A program made the translations under genes and the position numbers. From a virus (taxonomy: Duplodnaviria > Caudoviricetes): a DNA stretch of 64,000 nt. The stretch is from positions 1-64,000 of the IMG/VR virus record IMGVR_UViG_3300031867_004305. One strand, 5' to 3'. The notes beneath the pieces were generated by a model, which saw nothing but the letters and a program-made list of their open reading frames with translations, made no database searches and had not been told where the DNA came from. This document shows positions 9,718 through 19,836 of the stretch, piece after piece. Each line of letters starts with the position of its first letter. The first letter of the stretch is position 1.

Positions 9718-11496
9718 ATGTTTATGATTTATAGACTAAGAAATTATTATACAATGAATCCAGAATACGCTCTGCAAGAAATTCTAATTGATCGCGGCGT
9801 AAAAGATATTGAGAATTTTTTATATCCTACTTCAAACTGTGAGTTAGACCCGTACGGGCTTGAAAATATAGATTTAGCTGCGGATATGCTTCTACGGCAT
9901 TTGCGTGCAGATAGTAAAATTATGTTTGTAGTAGATTCAGATTGTGATGGGTTTACTTCATCATCAATTCTTTGGCTTTATATTAAACATATTTTTCCAA
10001 AGGCCAATTTAAATTTTACATTACATGAACATAAACAGCATGGTCTTGATGATAAGATTGATTGGTTAGAAACATTAAATGATATTAACCTAGTGATTTG
10101 TCCTGATTCCGCGAGTTATGACGTAGAAGAACACCAGCGACTTGCTGACTTAGGAATAGATTGTCTTGTGCTAGATCACCATGAACAATTATATGATGCT
10201 AATGGCAATCCAGTTGTATCTACTGTGCCAAATACAATAGTAGTAAATAATCAACTTTCGCCGCTATATGAAAATAAATCTCTTTGTGGTGCGGGCGTAG
10301 TATATAAGTTTTGTGAAGTATTGGATGAAATTTTAGGTATCCATCAGGCCCAAGAATATATGGATTTAGTTGCTCTTGGAGAAATTGCTGATGTTATGGA
10401 TAGAACAACACCTGAGACTAATTATCTCATGTTGGAGGGGCTTTCTAATATTCAAAATAAAGGGTTTAGTACCTTACTTGCTTCTCAATCTTATTCTCTA
10501 AAAGAAAAGGCAACCTATCCATGGGATGGTTTAACTCCTATTGACATTGCCTTTTATATCGCTCCTTTAATTAATGCTCTTACTCGTGTTGGGTCAATGA
10601 AAGAAAAAGAAGCAATGTTTTATTGTTTTGTAGAGCCAGATAGAGTTCTTCCTAGTACAAAGCGTGGAGCAAAACTAGGGGATACAGAAACTGCCGCAGA
10701 ACAAACTGCACGCGTAGGTAAAAACGCAAAAGCCCGTCAAGATAAGCTAAAAGAAAAGGCCATTGATTTAATTGATTTCAAAATTCAAAAGAATGATTTA
10801 GCAAGTAATAATATTATTCTTGTAGAAATTGATCCAGAAGATAATATTCCGCCAGAACTAACCGGTTTAGTTGCGATGGCAATTGTAAATAAATATAATA
10901 AACCAGTTATGATTGGTCGTCGTAATGACAAAGGTGAAATTAATGGAAGTATTCGTAGTAGCGGAAACTTTGCCGGTTTACCCAGTTTTAAGCAATTTCT
11001 TGAAGAAAGTAATTTAATGAATTATGTCGCTGGACATGACGCGGCGGCTGGCTTTGGAATTAATAGTACACTTGATGAAAAATTATTAAATTATAGTAAC
11101 GTAGTTCTTAATGATGATGATTTTAAAAAGTGCTATACAGTAGATTATATTCTTGATGCCAATGATAATAATACTGAATTACTTACGGTGCTAGCTTCAC
11201 ATCCAGAATTTTTTGGTAATCATATAGATGAAATTAAATTTGTAATTAAAAACATTACACTATCAAATGTAATGGCAATGGGTGCTAACAAAGATAGTAT
11301 GAAAATTTCTTGTAATGGTATTGATTATGTAAGGTTCAAGGATATGGATTTTGTTGATACCGTTATGAATAATAGAATGGATAAACTTACTGTATATGGG
11401 CGTGCGAATTTAAATACATTTGCCGGCCGCACATCAATTCAAGTATTTATTGATGATTATGAACTTTTAAAGGATGAAAATAAATATGATTTCTAA
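9718..11496 (+). CDS. recJ: RecJ-like ssDNA exonuclease (DHH/DHHA1)
   Basis: DSDCDG, LDHH, LCGAGV, LGEIADVM, GSIRS, GHDAAAG. Confidence 0.9.
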   Translation: MFMIYRLRNYYTMNPEYALQEILIDRGVKDIENFLYPTSNCELDPYGLENIDLAADMLLRHLRADSKIMFVVDSDCDGFTSSSILWLYIKHIFPKANLNFTLHEHKQHGLDDKIDWLETLNDINLVICPDSASYDVEEHQRLADLGIDCLVLDHHEQLYDANGNPVVSTVPNTIVVNNQLSPLYENKSLCGAGVVYKFCEVLDEILGIHQAQEYMDLVALGEIADVMDRTTPETNYLMLEGLSNIQNKGFSTLLASQSYSLKEKATYPWDGLTPIDIAFYIAPLINALTRVGSMKEKEAMFYCFVEPDRVLPSTKRGAKLGDTETAAEQTARVGKNAKARQDKLKEKAIDLIDFKIQKNDLASNNIILVEIDPEDNIPPELTGLVAMAIVNKYNKPVMIGRRNDKGEINGSIRSSGNFAGLPSFKQFLEESNLMNYVAGHDAAAGFGINSTLDEKLLNYSNVVLNDDDFKKCYTVDYILDANDNNTELLTVLASHPEFFGNHIDEIKFVIKNITLSNVMAMGANKDSMKISCNGIDYVRFKDMDFVDTVMNNRMDKLTVYGRANLNTFAGRTSIQVFIDDYELLKDENKYDF

Positions 11497-11650
11497 AGAT
11501 ATTGAATGTTTTGAATGTAAGTATGGAGAAAATTGTCCTGTATTTTGGTCTAGACATAATGCTGCTTGTTTAACTATTCGTGAAGAAAATAATGAATATG
11601 AAGAACAGGTGGACTGGGATTATAAAGAGCATGAATATCCTTATAATTGA
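11486..11650 (+). CDS. Small Cys-containing protein (54 aa), absent from the ORF track
   Basis: MISKDIECFECKYGENCPVFWSRHNAACLTIREENNEYEEQVDWDYKEHEYPYN; fills the recJ-dnaE gap and overlaps the recJ stop. Confidence 0.55.
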   Translation: MISKDIECFECKYGENCPVFWSRHNAACLTIREENNEYEEQVDWDYKEHEYPYN

Positions 11651-11675
11651 CAAAAATAAAATTCTATGATATAAT
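11647..11675 (+). promoter_or_regulatory. SigA-type promoter for dnaE
   Basis: TTGACA-17 bp-TATAAT with TG. Confidence 0.8.
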
Positions 11676-11705
11676 AATTATAGAATAAAGAAAGGAAGTG
11701 ATTGT

Positions 11706-14700
11706 GTGAGTAAATACCCCGGTAGTCTTCATAATCACACAGATTATAGCAACGAGACCTTACGAGATTGTATTAATAAAGTAAATTCTCTGATTGATAC
11801 AGCAATTGAACTAGATCATGAATGTGTAGCAATCACAGATCATGAAACTATTTCAAGTTATATTAAGGCTGAAAAATATTACAATAAAATTAAAAAAGAG
11901 CATCCAGATTTTAAACTTATTCGCGGTAATGAGATTTATCTTACACGAAATGATTTAAACGCGACAAATTATGATAAGAATAAAGATAGGTATTTCCACT
12001 TTATTCTTCTTTGTCGTGATTTAGAAGGTTATCATCAGATTTGCGAGCTTTCAACTCGTGCGTGGCGTCGTTCTTATATTAGTCGTAGATTAAGGAGACG
12101 TCCAACTTATTATAGAGATTTAAAAGAAGTTGTTAAACCAAATAAAGGCCATCTAATTGCGTCATCCGCATGTCTTGGCTCACAATTAGATAAGTTTCTT
12201 TTAAGATATATGGATACTGGTGATGAAGAATTTTATAAAACAGCTAAACAGTGGTGTCTATATATAGAAGATATTTTTGGTCGCGGTAATTTTTATCTTG
12301 AATTACAGCCATCGAATAGTAAAGAGCAAATATTTGTAAATCAGCATCTTGTTAAGATTAGTAAAGAGTTAAAGCTTCCTTACATTATTACGACTGATAG
12401 CCATTATTTGCGGCCGGAAGATTCATTTATTCATGAGTCTTTTCTTAATGCGCAAGATGGTGAACGTGAGGTAAGAAGTTTCTATGAAACAACTTACATG
12501 ATGAGTGATGAAGAAATTCGTTCATTCTTTCCTTATCTTGAGCCAGAAGAAATTGAAGATGCGTATTATTATATTAGAGAAATTAAAGAAAAATGTGAAG
12601 ATTTCTCAATCTTAAAGCCGCTAGAAATTCCTAATCTTCCATGGCGTGATTATAGTGACCCTGGAGACGAAAGAATTTTATGGGGTATTAAGCAAATGCC
12701 AGCCATTGAAAAATTTGTATATTCTCAATATAATGCTGATAATATTTTATCATGGGCTGTATTAGATGGAATTGAGAGACATAGAGACTTGCAAAATGAA
12801 CGAGCATATAATGCGTTAAATGAATGTCTTGAAATGACATGGGAGTCAAGCGAAGTAAATAAAGCAAGATGGTCAGCCTACTTTCTAAATCTTCAAAAGA
12901 TTATTGATGAATGTTGGAACGCTGGAACGTTAGTTATGCCCGCACGTGGCTCTGGTGGTGGCTTCTTACTCCTATATGCGTTAGACATTATTCAAATTAA
13001 TGCTCTGCGTGAAAAAACTGCTATGTATCCTTGGCGTTTTCTTAATCCTGCACGTGTGTCTGTTCTTGATATTGATGTAGATATTTCTGGTATTAAGAGA
13101 GCACAAGTACTAGAACATTTAAGAAAATATTATGGTGAAAATCGAGTATCAAATGTTGCGACCTTCAAACTAGAAAAGTCAAAATCAGCAATTCTTACTG
13201 CGTGTCGTGGATTAGGAATTGATGTCGATAATGCACAGTATATTTCTTCTTTGGTTACACAAGAACGTGGACAGGCATATACATTACATCAAATGTATTA
13301 TGGCGATGAAGAAAATGGTATTAAACCAAACCCAACATTCGTTGAAGAAATAAATAAGTATGATAAGTTATGGGAAGTTGCCAGTAAAATTGAAGGACTA
13401 ATTTGTGGATATGGTATTCACGCTGGTGGTGTAGTATTTAAAGATAAAGACTTCACAGAGTCCAGTGCACTTATGCGTGCTCCTGATGGAACAATTATTA
13501 CTCAGTTTGAGCTTCACGATTTGGAAGATGTTTCAGAAATTAAAATGGATCTTCTATCGGTTGAAGCCGCGGATAAAATACAAACTTGTCTTGAAATGTT
13601 AATCAAAGATGGATATATTAAACAATATCCTACTTTACGTGAAACTTATGAAAATGCACTTGGTGTTTATAACATTCTTCGTGATGATGAAGAAATGTGG
13701 AAGTTAGTAGATGAACATAAGATTGTAAGTCTTTTTCAGATGGAAAAGGCTAGCGGTATTCGTGGCATTTCATTAACTCATCCAAAAAATGTTGATGACT
13801 TAGCAACTTTGAACTCAGTTATTCGCCTTATGGCATCAGAAAAAGGTGCAGAAGCGCCACTAGATAAATATGCTCGTTTCCGCAAACATCCAAATGATTG
13901 GGAAACTGAAATGATTCAATATGGTCTTTCAAATAAGGAACGAGAATTGCTTCATGAGCAATTAGATGTTTCAGATGGCCTATCAATCACGCAAGAGCAA
14001 TTTATGAAATTAGTCCAACTACCAGAATGCGGCGGTTGGGACTTACAATGGGCTGATAGACTTCGTAAGAGTATTGCGAAGAAGAACCCAAAAGAATATG
14101 AGCAATTGACTAAAGAATTTTACGAACGAGTAGAAGAGAAGAATCTTAGTAAAAGATTTTGTCATTATGTCTGGGATATTCAAATTGCATTAAGCCGTGG
14201 GTATGGTTTTAATGCGAGCCACACTTATGCTTATTCCATTATTGCTCTTCAAGAAATGAACTTAGCATATAGATACCCAATTGTGTATTGGAACACAGCA
14301 AATCTAATAGTAGATAGTGGTGGCGTTCAAACAGAAGATGTTGATGAAGAAGATGAAGATGAAATTGAAGCTATTTTAACTGAAAATAGCGTCGAATATG
14401 AAGAAGAATCTGATGAAGAAGAATGGGAAGAAGCAAATGAAGAAACAACAGAAGGAACAACCGTAGATAAGAAAAAGAAGAAAAACAAGGTTGTTGATTA
14501 TGGACGCATCGCCTCGATTATTGGTAAAATGGGTGATTATGGAATTAAAGTATCTCCACCTGACATCAACCAGTCTTCTTTTACATTTACGCCTGTCGCA
14601 AAAGATAATGTTATTCTTTACGGGTTACGTGGCATCACTCGTGTCTCCACAGACAAGATTAATGAAATCATGACTATGCGACCATATGAGTCGTTAAAAG

Positions 14701-15680
14701 ATTTCTTAATGAAAATTAAAGTAAATAAACTTCAAATGATAAATTTAATTAAGTCGGGAGCATTTGATAATATTGAAAATATTCCGCGAGAACAAATCAT
14801 GGCAAAATATATTGACATGATTGCAGATAAAAAGCAAAGATTGACTCTTCAAAATATGTCAATGTTGATTGCGAAAAATCAGATACCGGATGACATGCAA
14901 TTTTATGCGAAATTATTTTCATTTAATAAATTTTTAAAGACCTGTAAGGATGGAATTTATTATGAATTAAATGAAGCGGCGATTAGCTTTATTGATAATC
15001 ATTTTGATATAGATATTGTTGAGGATGGTACGAGAGTCTTACAAAAAACTTGGGATAATATCTATAAAAAAGCTATGGAACCAATGCGTCAGTATTTAAA
15101 AGATAATAAAGAAGAAGCATTGGCAAAGTTAAATAAGGCTTTATATGATGAAATTGCTGATAAATATGCTGACGGTAATATAAGTAAATGGGAAATGGAT
15201 AGTATCTCATTCTACTATCATGAGCATGAATTAGCAAAAGCCAAGAATGATTTTGATGATTTCTTCAAATTATCAGAAGAACCTGAAATTGAATATAGTT
15301 TCCCTGGAAGTAATGGACAAGAAATCAAAGTATATAAGTTATTCAAAATTATCGGGACTGTAATTGATAAGGATAAAAATCGTAATACAGTTACGCTTCT
15401 AACTCCAACTGGTGTTGTAAATGTAAAAATTTATAAAAATCAGTACGCGATTTATGATAAACAGTTAAGCCAGCGTGGAGATGATGGTAAGAAGCATGTT
15501 ATTGAAAAGAGCTGGTTCGCACGCGGAACAAAACTTATGGTTCAAGGTATTCGCCGCGGAAACGATTTTATTCCAAAGAAAAAGAAACAGTCAATCTATC
15601 CCATTATTTCAAAAATAACAAATGTGGATGAATATGGAAATTTAACTTTCCAGTATGAACGTGCGGAGGTAGAAGAATGA
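11706..15680 (+). CDS. dnaE: DNA polymerase III alpha subunit (family C) with an apparently intact PHP domain
   Basis: LHNHTDYS, AITDH, TTDSH, RGSGGG, DIDVD, GIHAGG, KMDLL, YGFNASH. Confidence 0.95.
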   Translation: MSKYPGSLHNHTDYSNETLRDCINKVNSLIDTAIELDHECVAITDHETISSYIKAEKYYNKIKKEHPDFKLIRGNEIYLTRNDLNATNYDKNKDRYFHFILLCRDLEGYHQICELSTRAWRRSYISRRLRRRPTYYRDLKEVVKPNKGHLIASSACLGSQLDKFLLRYMDTGDEEFYKTAKQWCLYIEDIFGRGNFYLELQPSNSKEQIFVNQHLVKISKELKLPYIITTDSHYLRPEDSFIHESFLNAQDGEREVRSFYETTYMMSDEEIRSFFPYLEPEEIEDAYYYIREIKEKCEDFSILKPLEIPNLPWRDYSDPGDERILWGIKQMPAIEKFVYSQYNADNILSWAVLDGIERHRDLQNERAYNALNECLEMTWESSEVNKARWSAYFLNLQKIIDECWNAGTLVMPARGSGGGFLLLYALDIIQINALREKTAMYPWRFLNPARVSVLDIDVDISGIKRAQVLEHLRKYYGENRVSNVATFKLEKSKSAILTACRGLGIDVDNAQYISSLVTQERGQAYTLHQMYYGDEENGIKPNPTFVEEINKYDKLWEVASKIEGLICGYGIHAGGVVFKDKDFTESSALMRAPDGTIITQFELHDLEDVSEIKMDLLSVEAADKIQTCLEMLIKDGYIKQYPTLRETYENALGVYNILRDDEEMWKLVDEHKIVSLFQMEKASGIRGISLTHPKNVDDLATLNSVIRLMASEKGAEAPLDKYARFRKHPNDWETEMIQYGLSNKERELLHEQLDVSDGLSITQEQFMKLVQLPECGGWDLQWADRLRKSIAKKNPKEYEQLTKEFYERVEEKNLSKRFCHYVWDIQIALSRGYGFNASHTYAYSIIALQEMNLAYRYPIVYWNTANLIVDSGGVQTEDVDEEDEDEIEAILTENSVEYEEESDEEEWEEANEETTEGTTVDKKKKKNKVVDYGRIASIIGKMGDYGIKVSPPDINQSSFTFTPVAKDNVILYGLRGITRVSTDKINEIMTMRPYESLKDFLMKIKVNKLQMINLIKSGAFDNIENIPREQIMAKYIDMIADKKQRLTLQNMSMLIAKNQIPDDMQFYAKLFSFNKFLKTCKDGIYYELNEAAISFIDNHFDIDIVEDGTRVLQKTWDNIYKKAMEPMRQYLKDNKEEALAKLNKALYDEIADKYADGNISKWEMDSISFYYHEHELAKAKNDFDDFFKLSEEPEIEYSFPGSNGQEIKVYKLFKIIGTVIDKDKNRNTVTLLTPTGVVNVKIYKNQYAIYDKQLSQRGDDGKKHVIEKSWFARGTKLMVQGIRRGNDFIPKKKKQSIYPIISKITNVDEYGNLTFQYERAEVEE

Positions 15681-16756
15681 TAGGATTAGTTGATTATGAC
15701 ATATCTAATTTTTCCTCCTCCAAATTCATTATTCCTAATCTTGAAATAATGAAATTAGCGACTTACTACAAAACCGAAGAAAATCGGTTTTGTAGATTGT
15801 TATCTTTGGATGAAGAAGATTTATCTGGATATGAGAAGATTTATTTTTTTAGCGAAGGACATGCGGTTCCAAAAATACCAGAACAGTTCTTACGCTCACC
15901 CGTTGTGGAATATGGCGGTACCGCTTTTACAAATGGAAAATATATCCCATTTAAAAATTCAATTATAGACTTTACTATTCCGCGGCCTGCAATTTATAAA
16001 GAATATCTTAAAGGAAAATATGATGATGGTATCAAAGCAAAAGTTATATCTAATGTATTAGATAATAGTTATTATCGTTGTTATGCGGGCGAAGAGAAAT
16101 TACCAGTTCCGCCTATTATGTCAAATAAACGATTAATAATGTATGACCGCGAATTTTTCTATCCAAATTGGCGCGACATATTAGAGGATATTAGTAATAG
16201 AAAGCCATCTTCTATTGTAAGAATACATCCTATTGTTTGTAAAAAGTTATCTGAGTTTTTTGAAATAAGAAATTATCCAAAGATGACACGTTCAAATACT
16301 ATTATATTTGATTTAGATATACCATTGGATGAAGTATATTACATGACAAATAAATATAAAAATTATTTGAAAGCTGATATTACTCCTTATTCCAATGTTT
16401 ATATACAGCTTGGTGGGAACTTTGCTACAAACTTTCAATACTTTAAAGATATGATTTATAAAATGAATTTATTATACTGTCTATGGAGTGTTGATATACC
16501 AATAAAGATACTATATGAACCCCCATTTATAGGTTATAAAAATCCATTAGCGAATTTATCTATTCGTATTGAACGGTGGGCGGATGTTACTAGAAAAGAT
16601 AACTATTCAATAATTCTAAATGATAGAATAAATACTAAAAAGAAAAATCCAGCAATGGATGAACGTGAATTATTATTAAAATTTTATCCATCGGCAAAAG
16701 ACCTGTTTACACAGTCTCACGAGATGGTTGCGAAAGGAGGAAGGTGGAGAATATGA
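15677..16756 (+). CDS. Hypothetical protein whose N-terminus resembles phage radical-SAM-like proteins but lacks CxxxCxxC
   Basis: MIGLVDYD...PNLEIMKLATYYK...GGTAF recalled by eye; no Fe-S motif. Confidence 0.45.
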   Translation: MIGLVDYDISNFSSSKFIIPNLEIMKLATYYKTEENRFCRLLSLDEEDLSGYEKIYFFSEGHAVPKIPEQFLRSPVVEYGGTAFTNGKYIPFKNSIIDFTIPRPAIYKEYLKGKYDDGIKAKVISNVLDNSYYRCYAGEEKLPVPPIMSNKRLIMYDREFFYPNWRDILEDISNRKPSSIVRIHPIVCKKLSEFFEIRNYPKMTRSNTIIFDLDIPLDEVYYMTNKYKNYLKADITPYSNVYIQLGGNFATNFQYFKDMIYKMNLLYCLWSVDIPIKILYEPPFIGYKNPLANLSIRIERWADVTRKDNYSIILNDRINTKKKNPAMDERELLLKFYPSAKDLFTQSHEMVAKGGRWRI

Positions 16757-17001
16757 GGATTGATGATATTATTCAAACTCGTGAACAGCTCAACAAAGAA
16801 TTAAAAATGGCTCTTTCCACTATGGAGCGAAAAGATACCATACAAAAAATAAAGCTTGCCATTATTGACAATCAAAAGCATTGCCCGCACACAAGCACCA
16901 AGTATAATTGGGAAATTACAAATGATACCTGCCCTTACTGCGGTTTTCATTTTAGTACCGGCGGTATTTGGAGGGAGAATATAAATGATAAAAGTTATTA
17001 A
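16753..17001 (+). CDS. Small Zn-ribbon protein
   Basis: CPH...CPYCG. Confidence 0.6.
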   Translation: MRIDDIIQTREQLNKELKMALSTMERKDTIQKIKLAIIDNQKHCPHTSTKYNWEITNDTCPYCGFHFSTGGIWRENINDKSY

Positions 17002-19267
17002 GAGAAATGGTACGGAAGTAGAATTTGATAAATCTAAAATTGTAAATGCTATTAGAAAAGCTTGGATTCAAGTATATAATGATCCATTAAATCCAGAACC
17101 AGAATATTTTAATACAATTGCTGATAGTATTGAACGAGTAGCGAACCAAACTTTTACAGATAGCGGAAAATATCTTACAGTAGAAAATATTCAGGAATTA
17201 GTTGAAGATGATTTAGCGGCTTTTGACCGCCTTGTAGAAAAAGCATATATTCGTTATCGTTACAAGAGAGGCGTAATGCGTTCTTGCTCTGATGAATTTA
17301 TTCGTTCTATCAGTGAAAAGCTGAATGCTTCTAATGTTCAAAATCAGAATGCCAATATTGACGAACATTCATTTGGTGGCCGTGTAGGCGAAGCATCGGA
17401 TGAAATGATGAAGCAATATGCACTTGATTTCTGTATGTCAGAAATGGCAAAGAATAATCACTTAAACAATGAAATTTATATTCATGATTTAAGTGCGTAT
17501 GCGGTTGGCATGCATAATTGTTTATCTATTCCTTTTGATAAGTTATTGGCAGAAGGTTTTAATACGCGTCAGACTGATGTGCGGCCGGCTAATTCCATTA
17601 ATACTGCTTTCCAGCTTGTTGCTGTTATTTTCCAGCTTCAATCACTTATGCAATTTGGTGGTGTTTCTGCCACTCATTTGGATTGGACTATGGTACCTTA
17701 TGTTAGAAAGAGCTTTTGGAAGCATTTTAAAGACGGATTAAAATGGTTTGGAGAGGGTGATGCAAATCATTATTTCTTCAATGTAGATATTTCTAAAATG
17801 CCTATTGAACCTTATCATAATTTAACAGTTGATGAAGATGTGCTTCCTTTAGTGCAAACTGCAAAAGTAACAAAAGCTTATAAATATGCAATGGAAATGA
17901 CAGAACGCGAACTTCAACAAGCTGTAGAAGGAATGTATCATAATTTAAATACACTTCAATCTCGTAGTGGCAACCAACTTCCATTTACTTCTATTAACTA
18001 TGGAACCTGTACTTTACCAGAAGGTCGTATGGTAATTCGCGCGTTACTTGAAGGTTCTATTAAGGGTGTAGGTAAATTACATAAAACTCCTATTTTCCCT
18101 TGCGGTATTTTCCAGCTTGGAAAAGGTATTAACCGCGAGCCTGGCGACCCAAATTATGACTTATATCAACTCGCTTTAAAATCAACTGCGCAACGCATTT
18201 ATCCTAATTACGCAAATATTGATTGGTCTGGTAATGCTGGGTATGATAAGAATGATCCAAAGACTTATTTTTCTACAATGGGTTGCCGCACAGCAAATGG
18301 CGCAGATATAAATGCGGAAGAAGGAACCAATCCTCAAACTAAAGATGGCCGTGGTAATATTTGCCCAGTTACAATTATTATGCCTACACTTGCTATGGAA
18401 GCGGCAGAATGGAAAGAAAAAACTGAACTTGCTAATCCAAATATTATAGAGTATTTTATGCTATTACTTGATCAGAAAATCCACGAAGCCAAAGATATGC
18501 TACTTGAACGCTTTAATTGGATTTGTTCTCAATCTCCTGCTTCTGCAAAATTTATGTATGAAAATGGAACTATGCTTGGTTATCATCCAGAAGAAGGTAT
18601 TCGTTCAGCTTTAAAGCATGGAACTATTGTCATCGGACAGCTTGGTTTAGCTGAAACTTTACAAATTTTAATTGGCTGCGATCATACCACCGAAAAAGGA
18701 ATGGAATTAGCAAAGCAAATTGAACAACTATTTAAAGATAGATGTGCTGAATTTAAGAAAGAGTATAAGTTAAACTTTGGTGTATATTATACTCCCGCAG
18801 AGAATCTTTGCTACACCGCTATGAAGAAGTTCCAAAAAAAGTATGGCGAAATTGAAAAGGTTTCCGACCACGAATATTTTACCAATAGTATCCACGTTCC
18901 TGTATGGCATAATATTTCTGTATTTGATAAAATTGATATTGAAAGTCAATTGACAGGGTATTCTAGTGCTGGATGTATTACTTATGTTGAACTACCGTCT
19001 GGTGTAAAAAATAATCTTGAAGCACTAGAAACGATAGTAAATTATGCGATGGACCACGACATCCCATATTTCGCTGTAAATGTACCCCTTGATACATGTA
19101 TGGATTGTGGTTATGCTGATGAAATTAATGATACCTGTCCGCAATGCGGAAGTCATAATATTCAGCATTTACGTCGTGTAACGGGCTATTTGACAGGCGA
19201 TTATAAAACTGCGTTTAACTGGGGCAAGCAGAAAGAAACTGAAGCACGTGTAAAACACGTTCATTAA
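16985..19267 (+). CDS. nrdD: Anaerobic (class III) ribonucleoside-triphosphate reductase
   Basis: ATP cone VIKRNG..FDKSKI, IYIHDL, HNC, MGCRT, TPAENL, CxxC..CxxC, glycyl-radical loop RRVTGYL. Confidence 0.97.
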   Translation: MIKVIKRNGTEVEFDKSKIVNAIRKAWIQVYNDPLNPEPEYFNTIADSIERVANQTFTDSGKYLTVENIQELVEDDLAAFDRLVEKAYIRYRYKRGVMRSCSDEFIRSISEKLNASNVQNQNANIDEHSFGGRVGEASDEMMKQYALDFCMSEMAKNNHLNNEIYIHDLSAYAVGMHNCLSIPFDKLLAEGFNTRQTDVRPANSINTAFQLVAVIFQLQSLMQFGGVSATHLDWTMVPYVRKSFWKHFKDGLKWFGEGDANHYFFNVDISKMPIEPYHNLTVDEDVLPLVQTAKVTKAYKYAMEMTERELQQAVEGMYHNLNTLQSRSGNQLPFTSINYGTCTLPEGRMVIRALLEGSIKGVGKLHKTPIFPCGIFQLGKGINREPGDPNYDLYQLALKSTAQRIYPNYANIDWSGNAGYDKNDPKTYFSTMGCRTANGADINAEEGTNPQTKDGRGNICPVTIIMPTLAMEAAEWKEKTELANPNIIEYFMLLLDQKIHEAKDMLLERFNWICSQSPASAKFMYENGTMLGYHPEEGIRSALKHGTIVIGQLGLAETLQILIGCDHTTEKGMELAKQIEQLFKDRCAEFKKEYKLNFGVYYTPAENLCYTAMKKFQKKYGEIEKVSDHEYFTNSIHVPVWHNISVFDKIDIESQLTGYSSAGCITYVELPSGVKNNLEALETIVNYAMDHDIPYFAVNVPLDTCMDCGYADEINDTCPQCGSHNIQHLRRVTGYLTGDYKTAFNWGKQKETEARVKHVH

Positions 19268-19268
19268 T

Positions 19269-19754
19269 ATGAGTAAAATTGCTGGAATTTATTGGGATGA
19301 TACCGCGGCCGCACCCGGTATCTCCCTCTCGGTATATTTTTCTGGATGTCACTTCCATTGCCCCGGTTGTCATAATCCAGAAGCACAAGATTTTAATTTT
19401 GGAGAAGAATTTACTCCGGAAACAATTCGTGAGATACTAACTAAGTTAAGAAAAAATGGAGTTGAACGTAGACTTTCCATTCTTGGCGGCGAACCGCTAT
19501 GTCCCGAAAATCGTAAAACAGTATATGATTTAATTAGTATTTGCCGCAAAGTTTATCCACGAATGAAAATATATATTTGGACTGGATATACTATTGAAGA
19601 ATTATTTAAAGAAGGAGACGAAATTATTAATATGATTTTTAAACACGCAGATTGTATTATTGATGGACGTTTTGAACTAGATAAGCGTGACATTACTCTT
19701 CCCCTTCGTGGTTCTTCTAATCAAAGAATTATTTATTTACATGAGCAGGCGTAA
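19269..19754 (+). CDS. nrdG: Anaerobic RNR activating radical SAM enzyme
   Basis: GCHFHCPGCHN, LGGEPL, WTGY, DGRF, RGSSNQR. Confidence 0.95.
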   Translation: MSKIAGIYWDDTAAAPGISLSVYFSGCHFHCPGCHNPEAQDFNFGEEFTPETIREILTKLRKNGVERRLSILGGEPLCPENRKTVYDLISICRKVYPRMKIYIWTGYTIEELFKEGDEIINMIFKHADCIIDGRFELDKRDITLPLRGSSNQRIIYLHEQA

Positions 19755-19772
19755 GCCTGCTCTTTTCTTTTT
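19743..19772 (+). terminator. Intrinsic terminator with the nrdG stop codon in its loop
   Basis: GAGCAGGC-GTAA-GCCTGCTC followed by TTTTCTTTTT. Confidence 0.8.
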
Positions 19773-19774
19773 AC

Positions 19775-19803
19775 TTGACTTTTTCAAAAAACCATGATAT
19801 AAT
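19775..19803 (+). promoter_or_regulatory. SigA-type promoter
   Basis: TTGACT-17 bp-TATAAT with TG. Confidence 0.8.
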
Positions 19804-19836
19804 TAATTATAAAGTAAAGGAGTGGTCGTGATGTAG

